Assembly (NCBI GenBank): GCA_946965045.2
Contig: OX337230.1
Coordinates: 2,604,001-2,668,000, forward strand
Source of the DNA: Epithemia pelagica
Lineage: Eukaryota; Protista; Bacillariophyta
Direction: 5' to 3'
Length of the DNA: 64,000 nt
Below the pieces are notes generated by a model. That model made no database searches and was not told where the DNA came from. It saw nothing but the letters and a program-made list of their open reading frames with translations. Every line of letters begins with the position of its first letter. Within the stretch, counting starts at the first letter, position 1. Shown piece after piece: positions 33,672 through 45,719 of this stretch. Made by a program: the position numbers and the translations under genes.

Positions 33672-34835
33672 TTGTTCCCTGATGTCACCATTGATTGGTC
33701 TGATGCTTTGAGGACTTCATTTCAGGATTGCCGTGGCCCATGGCAGTGAGGAGCCAGAAAGGAAAACGACGAAGAAGGCACACGGGGCAAGAGGGAGCCC
33801 CACAACAGACATCAAAATTACAGGCTGTCTCTTCTACGCAACACCTTACCAACCGTCTCAAAGTATCCAAGTCCTTCGGTCTAGAACAAAACAATCAACG
33901 AGAAACTCCGACACAGATTGGAGAATTTGTCACCTGATTCCAAATTGACCGTTTCCCTTTTCACATCCCCCCAAAAGATTACAAAAGACACGGCATGGCA
34001 ACGCCGTTGACGAATGGAGAGCGGTGCGTGGCCATTTGTGGATTTGAGAGGCCGAGAGACAGACGTGGTGGCGGTTGCACTCAGCGGGAGAGTCGGCACA
34101 ATGATGTTCTGTCCATGAGAGGGCAGTTGCAGAAGGTACTGGACGTGGATTAGAACAAAGTGGTTAAACCAGAATGAAAGGAGGTGATGTTCGCGGTTGG
34201 CCCCAGGCATAAGTGACGTTGTAGTTCTTGTACATCCTCCATTCACTAGGGTGTGGCTGAAGATATTCCGGAGGATCCGTCCACGGTAAAGAATACCATC
34301 CGTTCCACGGTTCAGCAGTCCAACATCCTCCATTCATTGTATTGCTTGGTTTAGGCGAAACACAAACAGTGGGATTGAAACCAAGTGTGTTTTTTAAGAG
34401 TGGACTTCCAGGTGATATTCTGATCATCCTCCCAAACTTCAAATATGGGATAGCAACTAATAAGATAGAGTGTGTCACAGGTGGAATTTATGAAGTCGGT
34501 TTTCAGCCACTGCGAGGGCATGAGTTGGCTTGCGGCGAGTCGCTCGATTGTAGAGTGAGCTGCGGATGAGTTGGAGCAATTTAATCACATCATTGTAAGC
34601 ATTCAACTCAAGAAGAACAACTGCAGAACCAGTGGGCGGGGATTCTAGTGGATGCACATGGTACACCTCGGGGATGCTTTGTCAAGGTTCCTGATGATCT
34701 TCTCTTCCTTCTGTGTAAGATGTGGGGGAAGATGGTTGTGCGAGAACACAACACGTCGGACTGCCATGGGCCACGGCAATCCTGAAATGAAGTCCTCAAA
34801 GCATCCGACCAATCAATGGTGACACCAGGGAACAA
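33672..34835. mobile_element. ~1.2 kb segment bounded by 76-bp inverted repeats (candidate non-autonomous TIR element)
   Basis: 33672-33747 and 34760-34835 are reverse complements with 2 mismatches. Confidence 0.55.
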
Positions 34836-34849
34836 CGACGAAAAAACAC

Positions 34850-35090
34850 TTCTGCCATCTCCCTCTCTAGGTTCTTGGCCTCATCGGCTTTCTGTCCGAA
34901 CAAATCCTCTGCTGCAGGATTTGGTGCCGTCTCGTTTGCATCAAACTTTTTCGGAAATGTATCCAGCGTCGTTTTGACATAGTCTCACATGTCAAATTTG
35001 AACTTTTTCTTTTCTGAGAAATCCAATCTCATTCCAAGATAGCCGTGTACCTTACCATGGTATATTTTCGACTTCCCATGTTCGCCATAT
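34850..35090 (-). mobile_element. Copia reverse transcriptase relic
   Basis: HGKVHGYLGMRLDFSEKKKFKFDM*DYVKTTLDTFP matches the CoDi-type RT motif GKxHDYLGMxLDF. Confidence 0.75.
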
Positions 35091-35939
35091 TGATTATAAA
35101 GCCACTTGGCAAACTTCCAGAGAACGTCACTTGGCAAACTTCCAGAGAACGTCACTTTATGGAACGAATTCTTTCAGCACATAAAGTCACATTAATACCA
35201 TAGCATGAAGAGATGTACGTGAGTACAGAATCCATCGATCGCAGGCCTGTAGTGAATCAACTTGCAGCAGCGTTGGGCTATAAAATGACCACTTTCTTTT
35301 ACACAAACACGTGCAGTATGAAAACACATTGGGGTATGCGTATCCTCAAAGAATGGACTGATAGCGACGAAGGAATGGAATGCGTTCTGCAATGTTATGA
35401 AAAAAAAAGCAAGCACAAGTCTGAGAGATAAAGAAATTGCACGAAAACGATTAATCTCCTCGAGTTGTTCCATAGCAGTGCCATCGTGGGCGATAGTATA
35501 TACCCATGCAACCCACTCGGTGCCAGGCAAAGCAATTGTCCAACTTTAATCCGCATCGATTCATGAACTATTTGTCAGACAAATTACTGCGGGAAGCTAC
35601 CAAAACATCTGGCTGCAGTACAAACAATCAAACTAACTACGACACGAAGAATGCTGCAAAGCCAAGGTCATTTACACACCGATACACAGCCATTTGGAAC
35701 TTTTCTTTAGCTTCTTGCTGTGACAAAGGTGTGGCAAATGAAGTCATGATCACTTAGCCTTGTTGCTCAAGCGCTCGTTGTTGATTGTTTTTCTGTTCGA
35801 CCAGTTTGCGGTGGAAGCTTCGGTTGTGATGAGAAATACTTGACGTATTCTGAAAAACCCAGCGCCGCTTCCAGGACACGCTTCAACTCCGGGATATGAA
35901 TCGACTGAAGGGAATATAATCCCCATCCAACAATCGAGG

Positions 35940-36950
35940 TTGACTCGCACTGGAGTTGTCGCTCCCAGAGTCCATGTCGTTCACCTTGGAACCACCACGC
36001 TAACTCAGACTTTAGCATGGAAAACGACTTGGTGTGGGCGAGGTGAACAGATGGTTAATAGACAAATCCAAAACAAACCGGAAGTGATGGCATGCCTATT
36101 ACTGCCCAGACACCACAAGACTGTTTATGTGGGAATCACGGAACTATCGGATCTACAAGGCTTATGCTGGCTCTTTCGTCGCCACAACCTCCGAAACCCT
36201 CATAGTCCCGTCTCTCTCTGTTCCTGTCTCAGTCAAAACTCTCCCCAATGGAAACACAACAATTCTTCCGTACAAGTCATTTGTGGTTACACCTCCTACT
36301 CCTTTTCCTACAACCTTTACCGCCTTAATTGAACAATTGGCTCCCTGGGAGTCTCTCTTGCTTCGACGATTCAAGTTACTTTGCTCCCCTCAGCTTCTTT
36401 TCGATTCTTTCAATCAAGCAGTCCCCCTGTTCCTCTGCAGTGATGGCTCAGCACCTTTCTTTCTTGGCTCGTTCGGAGGCATCTGCTCTACATCTGAGGG
36501 AAACACCCTGTTCTCTCTCTCCGGTCCAGCTCCAGGGTATCGAACGTCTTCTTTTAGAGCTGAGAGATACAGACTTCTCGCTCTTCTTCGCTTTGTGGTA
36601 CAAGCCTGCAACTACCACAGCATCCCGCTTCATCTCTTCGATTCTATACAGACTCTCAAAGTTTGGTCGACACCAGCTACCAACGTTTGGAATGGACAGT
36701 AGAATACCCATACTCTACTATGTCTGCTGAATGGGACATTCAACTGCCCAACAAATCTGACTGCAGCTCCCTCGGAATTCGAACCACTCTCGTCCAACAA
36801 CCCGGACCCTCATCCCCTTCCCACGGCCTATCTTCCCATCTCATCATTCTCCAGAATAGTACTGGAACATGCCATCCTCACTGCCCTTTCCACCCACACC
36901 CATCACCAACAAGCTCTTCATGATGCCCACTCCATGCAGAAAAGGCAACA
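35940..36950 (+). mobile_element. Non-LTR retrotransposon relic with RNase H domain (Ambal-like diatom LINE)
   Basis: LFLCSDGSA...GSFGGI...SGPAPGYRTSSFRAERY.LLALLRF, then STMSAEWD. Confidence 0.7.
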
Positions 36951-37510
36951 CCGACACCGATCTTCCTTATTGGTATCCTTCCTTCCCCCCAAACCCTCTT
37001 ACGTCCCCCACCATACACTCTCCCTTTTGAAGATCTTTCATGGTTCCTTCAACGCTTTGATCAACTTCGCAAACCTCTTGGCATTCACCTGAGCTTTGCC
37101 AGAACCAAAATTCTCACCACCACTTCTGGGCACTCCCCTTTGCAACTTCGTGGCTTGCACAGGTGAAATGTCCACCAATGGTGGGGATAGCGTAGTAAAA
37201 CTTTCGTTGACTTCGTTTAGTTTGGCATTAAGAGCCTCTACTCTGGCGGTGCAAGCCGTAGTGACAGCTTGCCCAACGGGCGGGGTGGAATCCATCGTAG
37301 ACGACGGAGCGCCAAAGAATTGGTCCACATCTTTCAATGCCTCAAGTGTTCTCGTTGGATGGTGTTGTATGACCATTGAATTTCCGTGTTGTGGTTTGAT
37401 GCCCTGAAGGCATTCATATAGGCCAGAGATGGACGTGATGCCAGAACTCGATGACAAAGGGGTTGCAAAGTTCCAAGGCTACATTGGAACATTCCGGTGG
37501 ATGATGGAAC

Positions 37511-38300
37511 TTGGACGAATATATATCCTTGTGGAAGTGTCCATGTTGTCCAGCTTTCAAGCCATGCCACGATAGGGTCACCTTAAAGCATGTTATTCAA
37601 TCTTTGCATACCTCCAAAAGCATCCAATCATGGCAATGGTCTTTCATCCATCACGTATCTATCGGTCTCGCGATGATCGGCTCTTCCTTCCTCAGGGCCA
37701 GGAGTTGTGGTGCGTGTTTGTCCGGGCCCTCGTGGCCGGACAAAGAACAAGATGGTTCTCGGGGTCGCCGATTTAGTCGGGGATCGGAGGAGCGTCCAAG
37801 GGTAGGGGATGGGGTGCGGATCTTAAATCCAGATGAGCATTGTTGTGTCCCTGTAGTAAAGTGTCCTTGGGGATGTTCTGCATTCCTAACAGATGTAAAA
37901 GAAACAGTGCCGTTGTCTTATTCGTCGATTTGCAGGAGATGGGTGCAAGTTGAAAAGTTATTCTTCGAAAAGTCAATGGAAGTGTTTGAAGTACATTCGA
38001 GACGACTTTCTGCGTCGACAAGATTACAATCTTTGTAACAAGCATACTGTTTGATGAACAACGCGGACCCAAAATTTGCACATGCAGCTATCACACAAAG
38101 AAGTCCCGATGTATCTACATCCATGTACCGAAACATCCATTAGGATCTATATCTACAAATGGATCGGGTGAATTTGCTCCAGCAGTGTTACGACCACGTA
38201 CTCTATGCAAATGTTCACATTGACGACTTAAAAAGTAGGTTCCAAACTGTCTTTGAATTTCACTAACAGTCGGTGATACTTATTGAAAATAACGTGTAGT
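37511..38300 (+). pseudogene. Degenerate Cys/His-rich ORF, possibly the N-terminal region of a Helitron-type protein
   Basis: VKCPWGCSAF and YIHVPKHP...FAPAVLRPRT motifs recalled from Helitron-associated proteins; no Rep or helicase motifs seen. Confidence 0.25.
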
Positions 38301-38999
38301 CCAATGTCGTCTTTTGCATGTTCAGTGAATACTTTCGACATTCCCGTTGCCGTTGTGGGAAAACCACCATCCGTAAAGATTTTGTTGGTGAGGTCCCACA
38401 AAAAGTACCAGATTAGGAATTTGCAATGGCGGTTGTTGTGTCAATGAGAGGTCTCTCGGGGATATGGTAAACATCTCAACCACATGGTGAGAGAGGTGAT
38501 TCCCCGGTCCTGCCAAGGTACGAGGAACGATGAAAAGCATGGTGGGTGTGTCGAGTGGACTTTCCACCCACGCTTCCAAAGAGAAGATCTTCAATTTTAA
38601 CCAGCGTCTCTCAGGGACCACAGTTGGGCCCTGGTCTCGCTTCCTGGTCTCGGTTACACGGACTACTATTGATGAGAGGCCTTCCCTTGTCTGGGCCCCC
38701 CGTCATATTCGCGGCATGCCCTTGCAGTGGCTGAAAACTGACTTCATAAATTCCTCCAGTCCGAAGGAATGTCCAACTCCGAATTTCATGACCTATTCAA
38801 GGGTCTGGTGGAAGTGTACGAAGACCTGGCCGGTGAGTGTACGAAGACCTGGCCGGTGAGCTTGTCCTTGCAAATGCCTTCCAACACAACACTATCATTC
38901 TTGAGAATACTGTTTCCCACAAGTTGTAGCTCCTCTTTTTTGTCTCCACCATACAACACTATAGGTGAAAAAACTCGTCCTTGCCTCTCTAGTATCTAA

Positions 39000-39471
39000 T
39001 GCCAATGGCGCCAACTCCATGCGTCTCAGCACTCACCTCTATCTCGCCTCGTACCAACCCGCTCCAGGAAAGGGCGCCTACCTATGATCTACAATCTCAT
39101 CAAATTCCTTTGACAAGCTTGTCTGACAGCCTATCCCAACCCAAACAACTACCACCATCAACACGTGTAATGCTATTGATGGTGTAGGCAAAGGGGCCGG
39201 GGGCTGTGCCCCTTTTTAGTTTGTGGAGGACGGTTGTTGTTTGGCTAGGCGAGAGTTGCAGGGGTAGGGCTGGTGGTTGTTGAAGTTGTTGTTGAGGTCG
39301 TTGAAGCTGGGCCAAGAGTGCTTTAGTGGCTGGACTAAGATTCGGTAACTGGAGTGCACAGTGGATTGCCTCGTGGCCGTGGCAGGCATTATGGTCGAGA
39401 CAGTCAAGGACTGGGCCTTGGGTGAAGGGCCCACGGACTTGGCTGAAATGGTTCAAATTCCAGCTTATCAA
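39000..39471 (-). mobile_element. CRE-like non-LTR RT N-terminal relic
   Basis: VLHKLKRGTAPGPFA, similar to the ORF at 63205-63795. Confidence 0.55.
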
Positions 39472-39599
39472 ATGTGGCCCAATATGGTCTGGATCACCAA
39501 CAGTCTGTCTTCTTCCAACAAACTAACAACCAGAACAGAGCAAACAAAATATGGACCAAGCAACACTTCTAGTAAAGTCACTGCAAGAACTCTTGTTGT

Positions 39600-39870
39600 T
39601 AAGGTCATCTTCTCTCTTCTCTCTTCAACAATCCACAAAATAGACAGTCAACAAAACAAAGCAGTAAAGCCATGTACTTATTGTTGTTTTGCTGGTGTTG
39701 GACATTTTGCTGCTGTTGGTGGTACTTTGATGACAACAACATGTTGGAGTACAAAGCAGTGAAGCCATGCACTTGTTGTTGTTTTGCTGGTGTTGGACGT
39801 TGTTGTTTTGCTGGTGTTGGACATTTTGCTGCTGTTGGTGGTACTTTGATGACAACAACATGTTGGAGTA
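39600..39870. repeat. Compound tandem repeat (~100-bp unit x2 with inner 21-bp duplication; CAACAA-rich on the minus strand)
   Basis: tgttgttttgctggtgttggaca... repeated; ends atgacaacaacatgttggagtac twice. Confidence 0.85.
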
Positions 39871-41574
39871 CTATGGAGGGATAGGTATTTGGTTTAACCA
39901 AGAAACAATTACCAAATCTTTTTACATTCTTCTGTTTGTATCGCATCTTGAGGTATGCCAGATTAGTAAGCAGTACTGGTGAACAAAATAAGCAGGCACA
40001 TCGGAATTTCACTGAACAAGGTGTTCCTGAGTTGGTCAGTAGTTGCATTGTGTTACAGAACTGGGAGGCCAGGACAAGCTGTGTGCGTGTGTTTGTGTGT
40101 GAATGTAGAAGATCTACTCTCTGGTTCATTGTGGTGTTTGACAGCATAGCTGTCGGGAGCCAAACCAGGAGTAGGGACTACTGAGGAGTATGTACTTCTC
40201 AATGTCCTCACCATCTGTCTTCTACTTCTTGGTCAGCCACCACAGCTTGCAGCGGGCGAGGGAGTGAAAAGGGACGTCTCAATTGGGGCAAGGATGCTTT
40301 GGATTTTGTTCGTGTCAGGAGGTTTGGATTTTTGCTTCTGACGAAAAGCCGTGACAACCAAAAGGATGCATGTGGGATGCCTTTTGTTGCGTGTAATCAA
40401 ACTGCAGAGGTTGTGGAAGGTAGTACGATGGCTTGCGAGAAGTTGTTTCACAACTCGAGTCCAACCAATCAGTTGCTCTTTCGGGAGGTAGAGGAGAAGA
40501 CGTCGTGTATCATAAATCCACAACAAATTGAAAGAAGTGGTATCTCTGGTGATGACTGAGAGTGGGGGAACAGTCTCGAGAGGAAATTTTCGCGTCGTAG
40601 CTGCTTTAGAGCGCCTATTTCCCCATCTGGAGGAACAACATGTGTTGTTTAAAGAGATTTACAGTTTGGCGTTGTCCAGCAGTCATCGGAGTTTGGACGA
40701 CTTACTATCTCCATTTTGAGGAGGCGAAAGGTATCCAACAACCAACCTAGGACGTGCATCGTTTTGGACGCGCATCGTTTCGGACGGAGCGCCTTCTTCT
40801 GCTTTCATTTTGGCTTTTTGTATGTCTTTTTCGGGGTCCAGCTGCTTCCATGCCTTCTTCAGTGTGTCTATGATGGGATGTAGGTAACAGGGACTTGGCC
40901 TATTGAAATACCTAAACTTCGATGCCAGGTCGCCTTTTCAAGAGTTGTCGCTCGAAGAGGCCCTGTAACTCCATGGCTCCAAGTCCCGTCTCGCAGTCAT
41001 TGGAGGAAGGTCTGACACACGTTTGAATGGACGTGAAGCCATCCAGAAAGGGGTTGTCTTGGAGGTTGAACCCTAACCGTCAAACCATCCAGAAAGGGGT
41101 TGTCTTGGAGGTTGAACAGTCGGAGGTGCATTCATCGTGCAAGACTGTTCACGTTGCATAGTCTGTGGACTGCTTTTGTTCAGGAATGAAAAGACAGAAA
41201 CCACATCTGAGGATATGGAATCCAGAATGTGGTGCTGGTTCAGAATACGGAGAAATGCTTGCAGTGGTCCAGGTCCCTGCTTCCATCCCTGAAATATATT
41301 TTGCATCCAGAATATGAAACCGTCCGTTCAAAGCACTCTCGTCGAGTTCAACGACGTGGAGATTTTTTGAACACAAGCAAACCCTCCAATTGATCTCTTC
41401 AAGATTCAACCAGATGTTTTGAACTCAAGCAAACCCTCCAATTTATCTGCCTTCGTATGGAAGTTTACCTTACGGGGCAAGGTTGGGGATCACGTGACAA
41501 GGAGGTAAGTCTTGTTGATTGTCGAATCTTTTTCTGACCGATGATCTGACACAAGTTTGGTTTTTTGATCATGC

Positions 41575-42273
41575 TCACACACATATCAATCGTTTATTGA
41601 TAACGGAAATCATCCATATCCACTCTCTCCCCAAAGAGTATGGGAGTCTCGCCGGCCTCGGAGCGTTCAAGCCTCGCGAGTGGTTGGACCAGGCGAGACA
41701 GTATTGGTCTTCGGCAAGGGTGCAAATACTCTTGACGTCCACGTTTTGAGCACGCAGGTACTTGAGGGATTTGTCACAATCGGAGGTGAACCAAATATGC
41801 TGCAGGGCGGAGTCGAGATTAATCTGACGATCGACGATACTCTTGCGATAGCGATAATCGCCGTCCGCCAGGGCGAATGCATCAATCAACTTCTCGGTGT
41901 CATGAAGGTCGAAGACACCAGCTCCAGCGGTGAGAAGGGAGCGATAGTGTTTCGTCACCTCAAGACACATCGCCGAGATATCCTGTCCTGGATAGTCTTG
42001 AGGACGAATGGCAAGTAGTTTCTTCTTGATATCGGCAAATCGATGCGGGGAGTCGCTGATTAGAAGCTGAAGAAGAAGCATCGATGCGTGATGAAACGTC
42101 GGGGTGTCTTCTGGGAGCCGGTCGATGATTTGTTCATAAAGTTTGGAACTGAGGCTATCCAAAAGGCAAAGTCGGGCTGCAGTATCATTTGCTTTGTCAA
42201 AGAAGTCATGCAGTGCAAACTGTTTAGCGATGGTTGTCTTCACATACTCAAAGGTCACTCGTATAAGTACCAC
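41575..42273 (-). pseudogene. gag-like ORF of an older, unrelated copia family (relic probably spans ~40200-43682)
   Basis: FADIKKKLLAIRPQDYPGQDISAMC resembles the diatom copia Gag motif YPGENI; flanking frames are degenerate. Confidence 0.55.
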
Positions 42274-43682
42274 AGAAAGTCGGCTGCTTGAGTGATCAGA
42301 TCATCCATTGTTGCTGGGTTACGTGCCAGATCTTCTTCATTTTCTTCGGAAAAGTGATGTGGTTGAACAGTCATCGCGTCATGATGATCTGTGATGGCTG
42401 CACATGCATAGTATTTGTCAAAGGGGTTCACTTCGCCTTGATCATCCCATTGGATCTTCGTCCGCTTCACTTGTGTCGGTTGGTACGTACATACTGCCGA
42501 GTTGACTGGTGTCAACAAACAATGTGGACGAGACTGATTCATCAGCCATTGCTTCAAGTTTCTCACACGCCTGGCTTCTTGAGCTCAGATCGACAGGTGG
42601 AGGATCGGAGATATTGACCGGGGAAGGAGTGGCGTTGCTTTGGTTCAGAAAGGAGACAAAGCGTGCAGAAAGGGGACAAAGCGTTCGTATCCTTGGTCGA
42701 TGGGTCAATGCTCGAGCGGAGAAGGCAAGGAAGGGGAGTAGAATGGACGCTCATTCTTGGCCAAACAGGAGCTGGATTTGGGTGATTGGAGATTCGTGTT
42801 CCATTGATGTGCCATGCAACAAACCATTCCTCATCCTTCACACGCTGATAGGCGACGGCCACGGTAAGTTCCGGTTCTTGATGTCGGAGACCATACACCG
42901 TGTATTGCTTCCTCTCGTACCTCATTCCATCTCGTTTGGTATTTGCTGCTTCTTGTTCTATGGAGATACGAGGATCGCGTGGTTATGGTCGAGGCACAAA
43001 GACTCTCGTCCACTGTTCCAGGGCTTGCGATGCAGGTGTTTGGAACTGTACCTGGTGACCATTGCCAGGTGGCGTTGGATTGGTCAATGAAGAGATATCT
43101 GGCCTCATTGGCAATTCCTTGATGAGTGTAAGGTCAGTGGTGTTGTCTTGACTCGCAATGGATCCTTCTTGTGTGTCCATGGTTGCATCTAACCCGTTCT
43201 CTTCCTCATAAGTGCTGTCAAAGCTCTTGTCATGGAGTGCGGCATTTGCCTCTACGGCATTAAAGGGACGTTAGAAACATGAGAACACTGCCTTCTCAAG
43301 TGGAGGTCCTTCGACTAGATAGTTCTAAGACATTTCACAACTTGTTGCTACGATGGTGTTGTCTTCAACTACCCCCTTTTTCGAGGACCCTGAAGATTTT
43401 GTTCCCGACGACCGATGATTCGATTCCCCAGGACTCTTTTGGGACGAATTTGAAGAACAGGACTGCTGGTGGTTCTTCCAACGGTACTGCGCCTTCTCAA
43501 TGTGACGGTGAGGTGGATAAACATGGAGTGATCGATTTGCCTGCTCCTAAGGACGCTGCTGGCATTCATGCCCTTTCTTCGCTTTCACTCGATGACGGAA
43601 CTGGCTGCTCCAAAACTGCTGGTACGGCACTTGATTAGGTAAAGATCTTACCAAAGAAGTGGTCCCGTCTTTCAATGCTGAG

Positions 43683-43922
43683 TGAATAAATAATCACGGG
43701 CGCCCCCTTTGTAACCTACGAAGGGCCTCGCCATGCCTCGCTACGCATCGCCTGGCATCGCCAGGCCCCTAGTTACGTGTTCGCTAGTGGGTACCGTGGT
43801 CGCTGTTTGGCCCCTACGTGAGCGATTTGCCCCCAAAGGGCACCCCTAGTTTAGTTACCATAATTTCTGATAGTTTGATTGTTGCAAGCCGTATATTGCG
43901 TCTGGCCGTCAGTTTTTATTCA
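43683..43922 (+). repeat. 5' LTR of copy C
   Basis: TG...CA, 240 bp. Confidence 0.95.
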
Positions 43923-44363
43923 GTTTATCAGACCCACTGTCTGTTGTTTCCCCACTATTCGCCGGACGGCAAGCGCCTGATCAACGCTCGAGAGGTGTTC
44001 GCGCTAAGCGGCTTCGTCACTCGCTCGCTTGTGTCATCTCTGTGACTTGTTTCTGTCACTGTGGGACCCAATCGCTTATTTGTGACTTGCGACTGCACAA
44101 CGTACCGTGCACGTGCTCGTACACGTTGACCGTCCATCCACGCGCGCCGTACGACTCAATTATATAAGCCTGCTGGCTTTTGACACGTACCTGCTTGCTC
44201 GCGGAATCGCCGGACGACTACTCGCCGATTCACTCGCAGATTGTTGGCTCACAGAAATTCGCCCCTCCCATCACAATTGCAAATTTCTGCACAAGAACAA
44301 GCCTTCCCTTGCCATCCGTTTGACCTTCTACTGCCCTCCTACCCTTTATCCGACCCTTGAACC

Positions 44364-45650
44364 ATGGCTGCAAATGCCTTCCGTACTGCACTGGGCCGCT
44401 GTGGCTACGACAATGCCACCATTGGGCACCTAACGCAACAGGGCTTCACAACAACGGATCAGTTCTTGGAGTTTCCCATCAAAGAAGTCAAGCCCATGCT
44501 GAAGACATTAGCCAAGAACCTACCCAACGGTGTGACTCTACCCTACCAGTTCAACTTGAAGTTCCTTGGCTTCCGAATGTGGTTGGAATATCGTTCTGTC
44601 CGTGGCCAGGACCTTGATGCTGGTGGTTATACTGGTGACGTAATCACCAAGTGGATGAAACGCGTAACGGAACTCGCGAATGCCACCACCACTGATGGTC
44701 AGGATGACCCAGTACCACCCAAAAGGCTAACGCACCTTGCCAATTAGGAACGTCACGACGGAATGTGGCGCACGTACTTGGGTCAGCACCGCAATCCGAC
44801 AACGGGAGTGCCGCTCACCTACGTATTGCGTGAGGAGTCCGACGTACCGGACGACGCACTAACCGCCGATTACAACTGCATTGACGACGACCTAGTCGCG
44901 ACCACTCGTCATGAGGGGGACCAGTACAAAGCCGACCGACGCAGAGTGTATGAGCTGTACTACCCTCTTATCTACGATGGCCCGGCATGGACGTTTGCCA
45001 AAACGCATGCGAAATCGAAGGACGGCCGTGAGGCCTACCTAACTGTCAAGCGGCAAGCCACTGGACAGGCCGCAAGCATCCTGCGCAAGAAACAGGCTTA
45101 TGCGCAGATCGCAAATGCTAAGTTTACAGGGCGAGGGAAGTACCGCTTCCATGACTACATCCACCGTCAACAACATGCGCACAACACCCTGGAAGAGCTT
45201 GGCGAAACGGTCGCGGACACGAAAAAAGTGACCGATTTCATGAATGGGATCACTGATCCGACGCTTGTCCAAGCCAAGACCGTTGTCAACGGTGACCAGG
45301 AGAAGTTGGAGAACTTTGAAGCGTGCCAGCAATACTTTTTGACTGTGCACAGTGCCGCAAAGACCGAAACGCAGGACGACTCTCGCAAGATCGCCGCTGC
45401 TGGTACCACCCCAAGCAAAGGAAAGGCAAAAGGGCGCAACCAGAAAAAGAGCAAGAAGAAGAAGGACCGCGTTCATGCTGGTCACTACGATGCCGACGAA
45501 TGGGCAGACCTGACGGAGGACGAACGCAAACAAGTCCTGGCTCTTCGCAAAGAGCGCAAAGACAAGCGGAAGCTTGGATCCATCACCACAGACGACTCTT
45601 CCAACGCATCGTCGAAGAGATCGAAAACGTCGCATGGGAGTAATGCTTAG
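44364..45650 (+). pseudogene. gag: gag of copy C (W-to-stop at ~44745)
   Basis: ORFs 44364-44747 and 44763-45650 are in the same frame. Confidence 0.9.
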
Positions 45651-45719
45651 GACGCAATCTCAGTAGACATTTAAGAAGACGACGCTAAGCCGGAGGCTAA
45701 GACCAACGTATCGGTCGTT

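Noticed and set aside
45648-45674. Programmed stop-codon read-through between gag and pol
   Set aside because: Two different in-frame stops 24 nt apart, no CARYYA-type context, and copy B has sense codons there.
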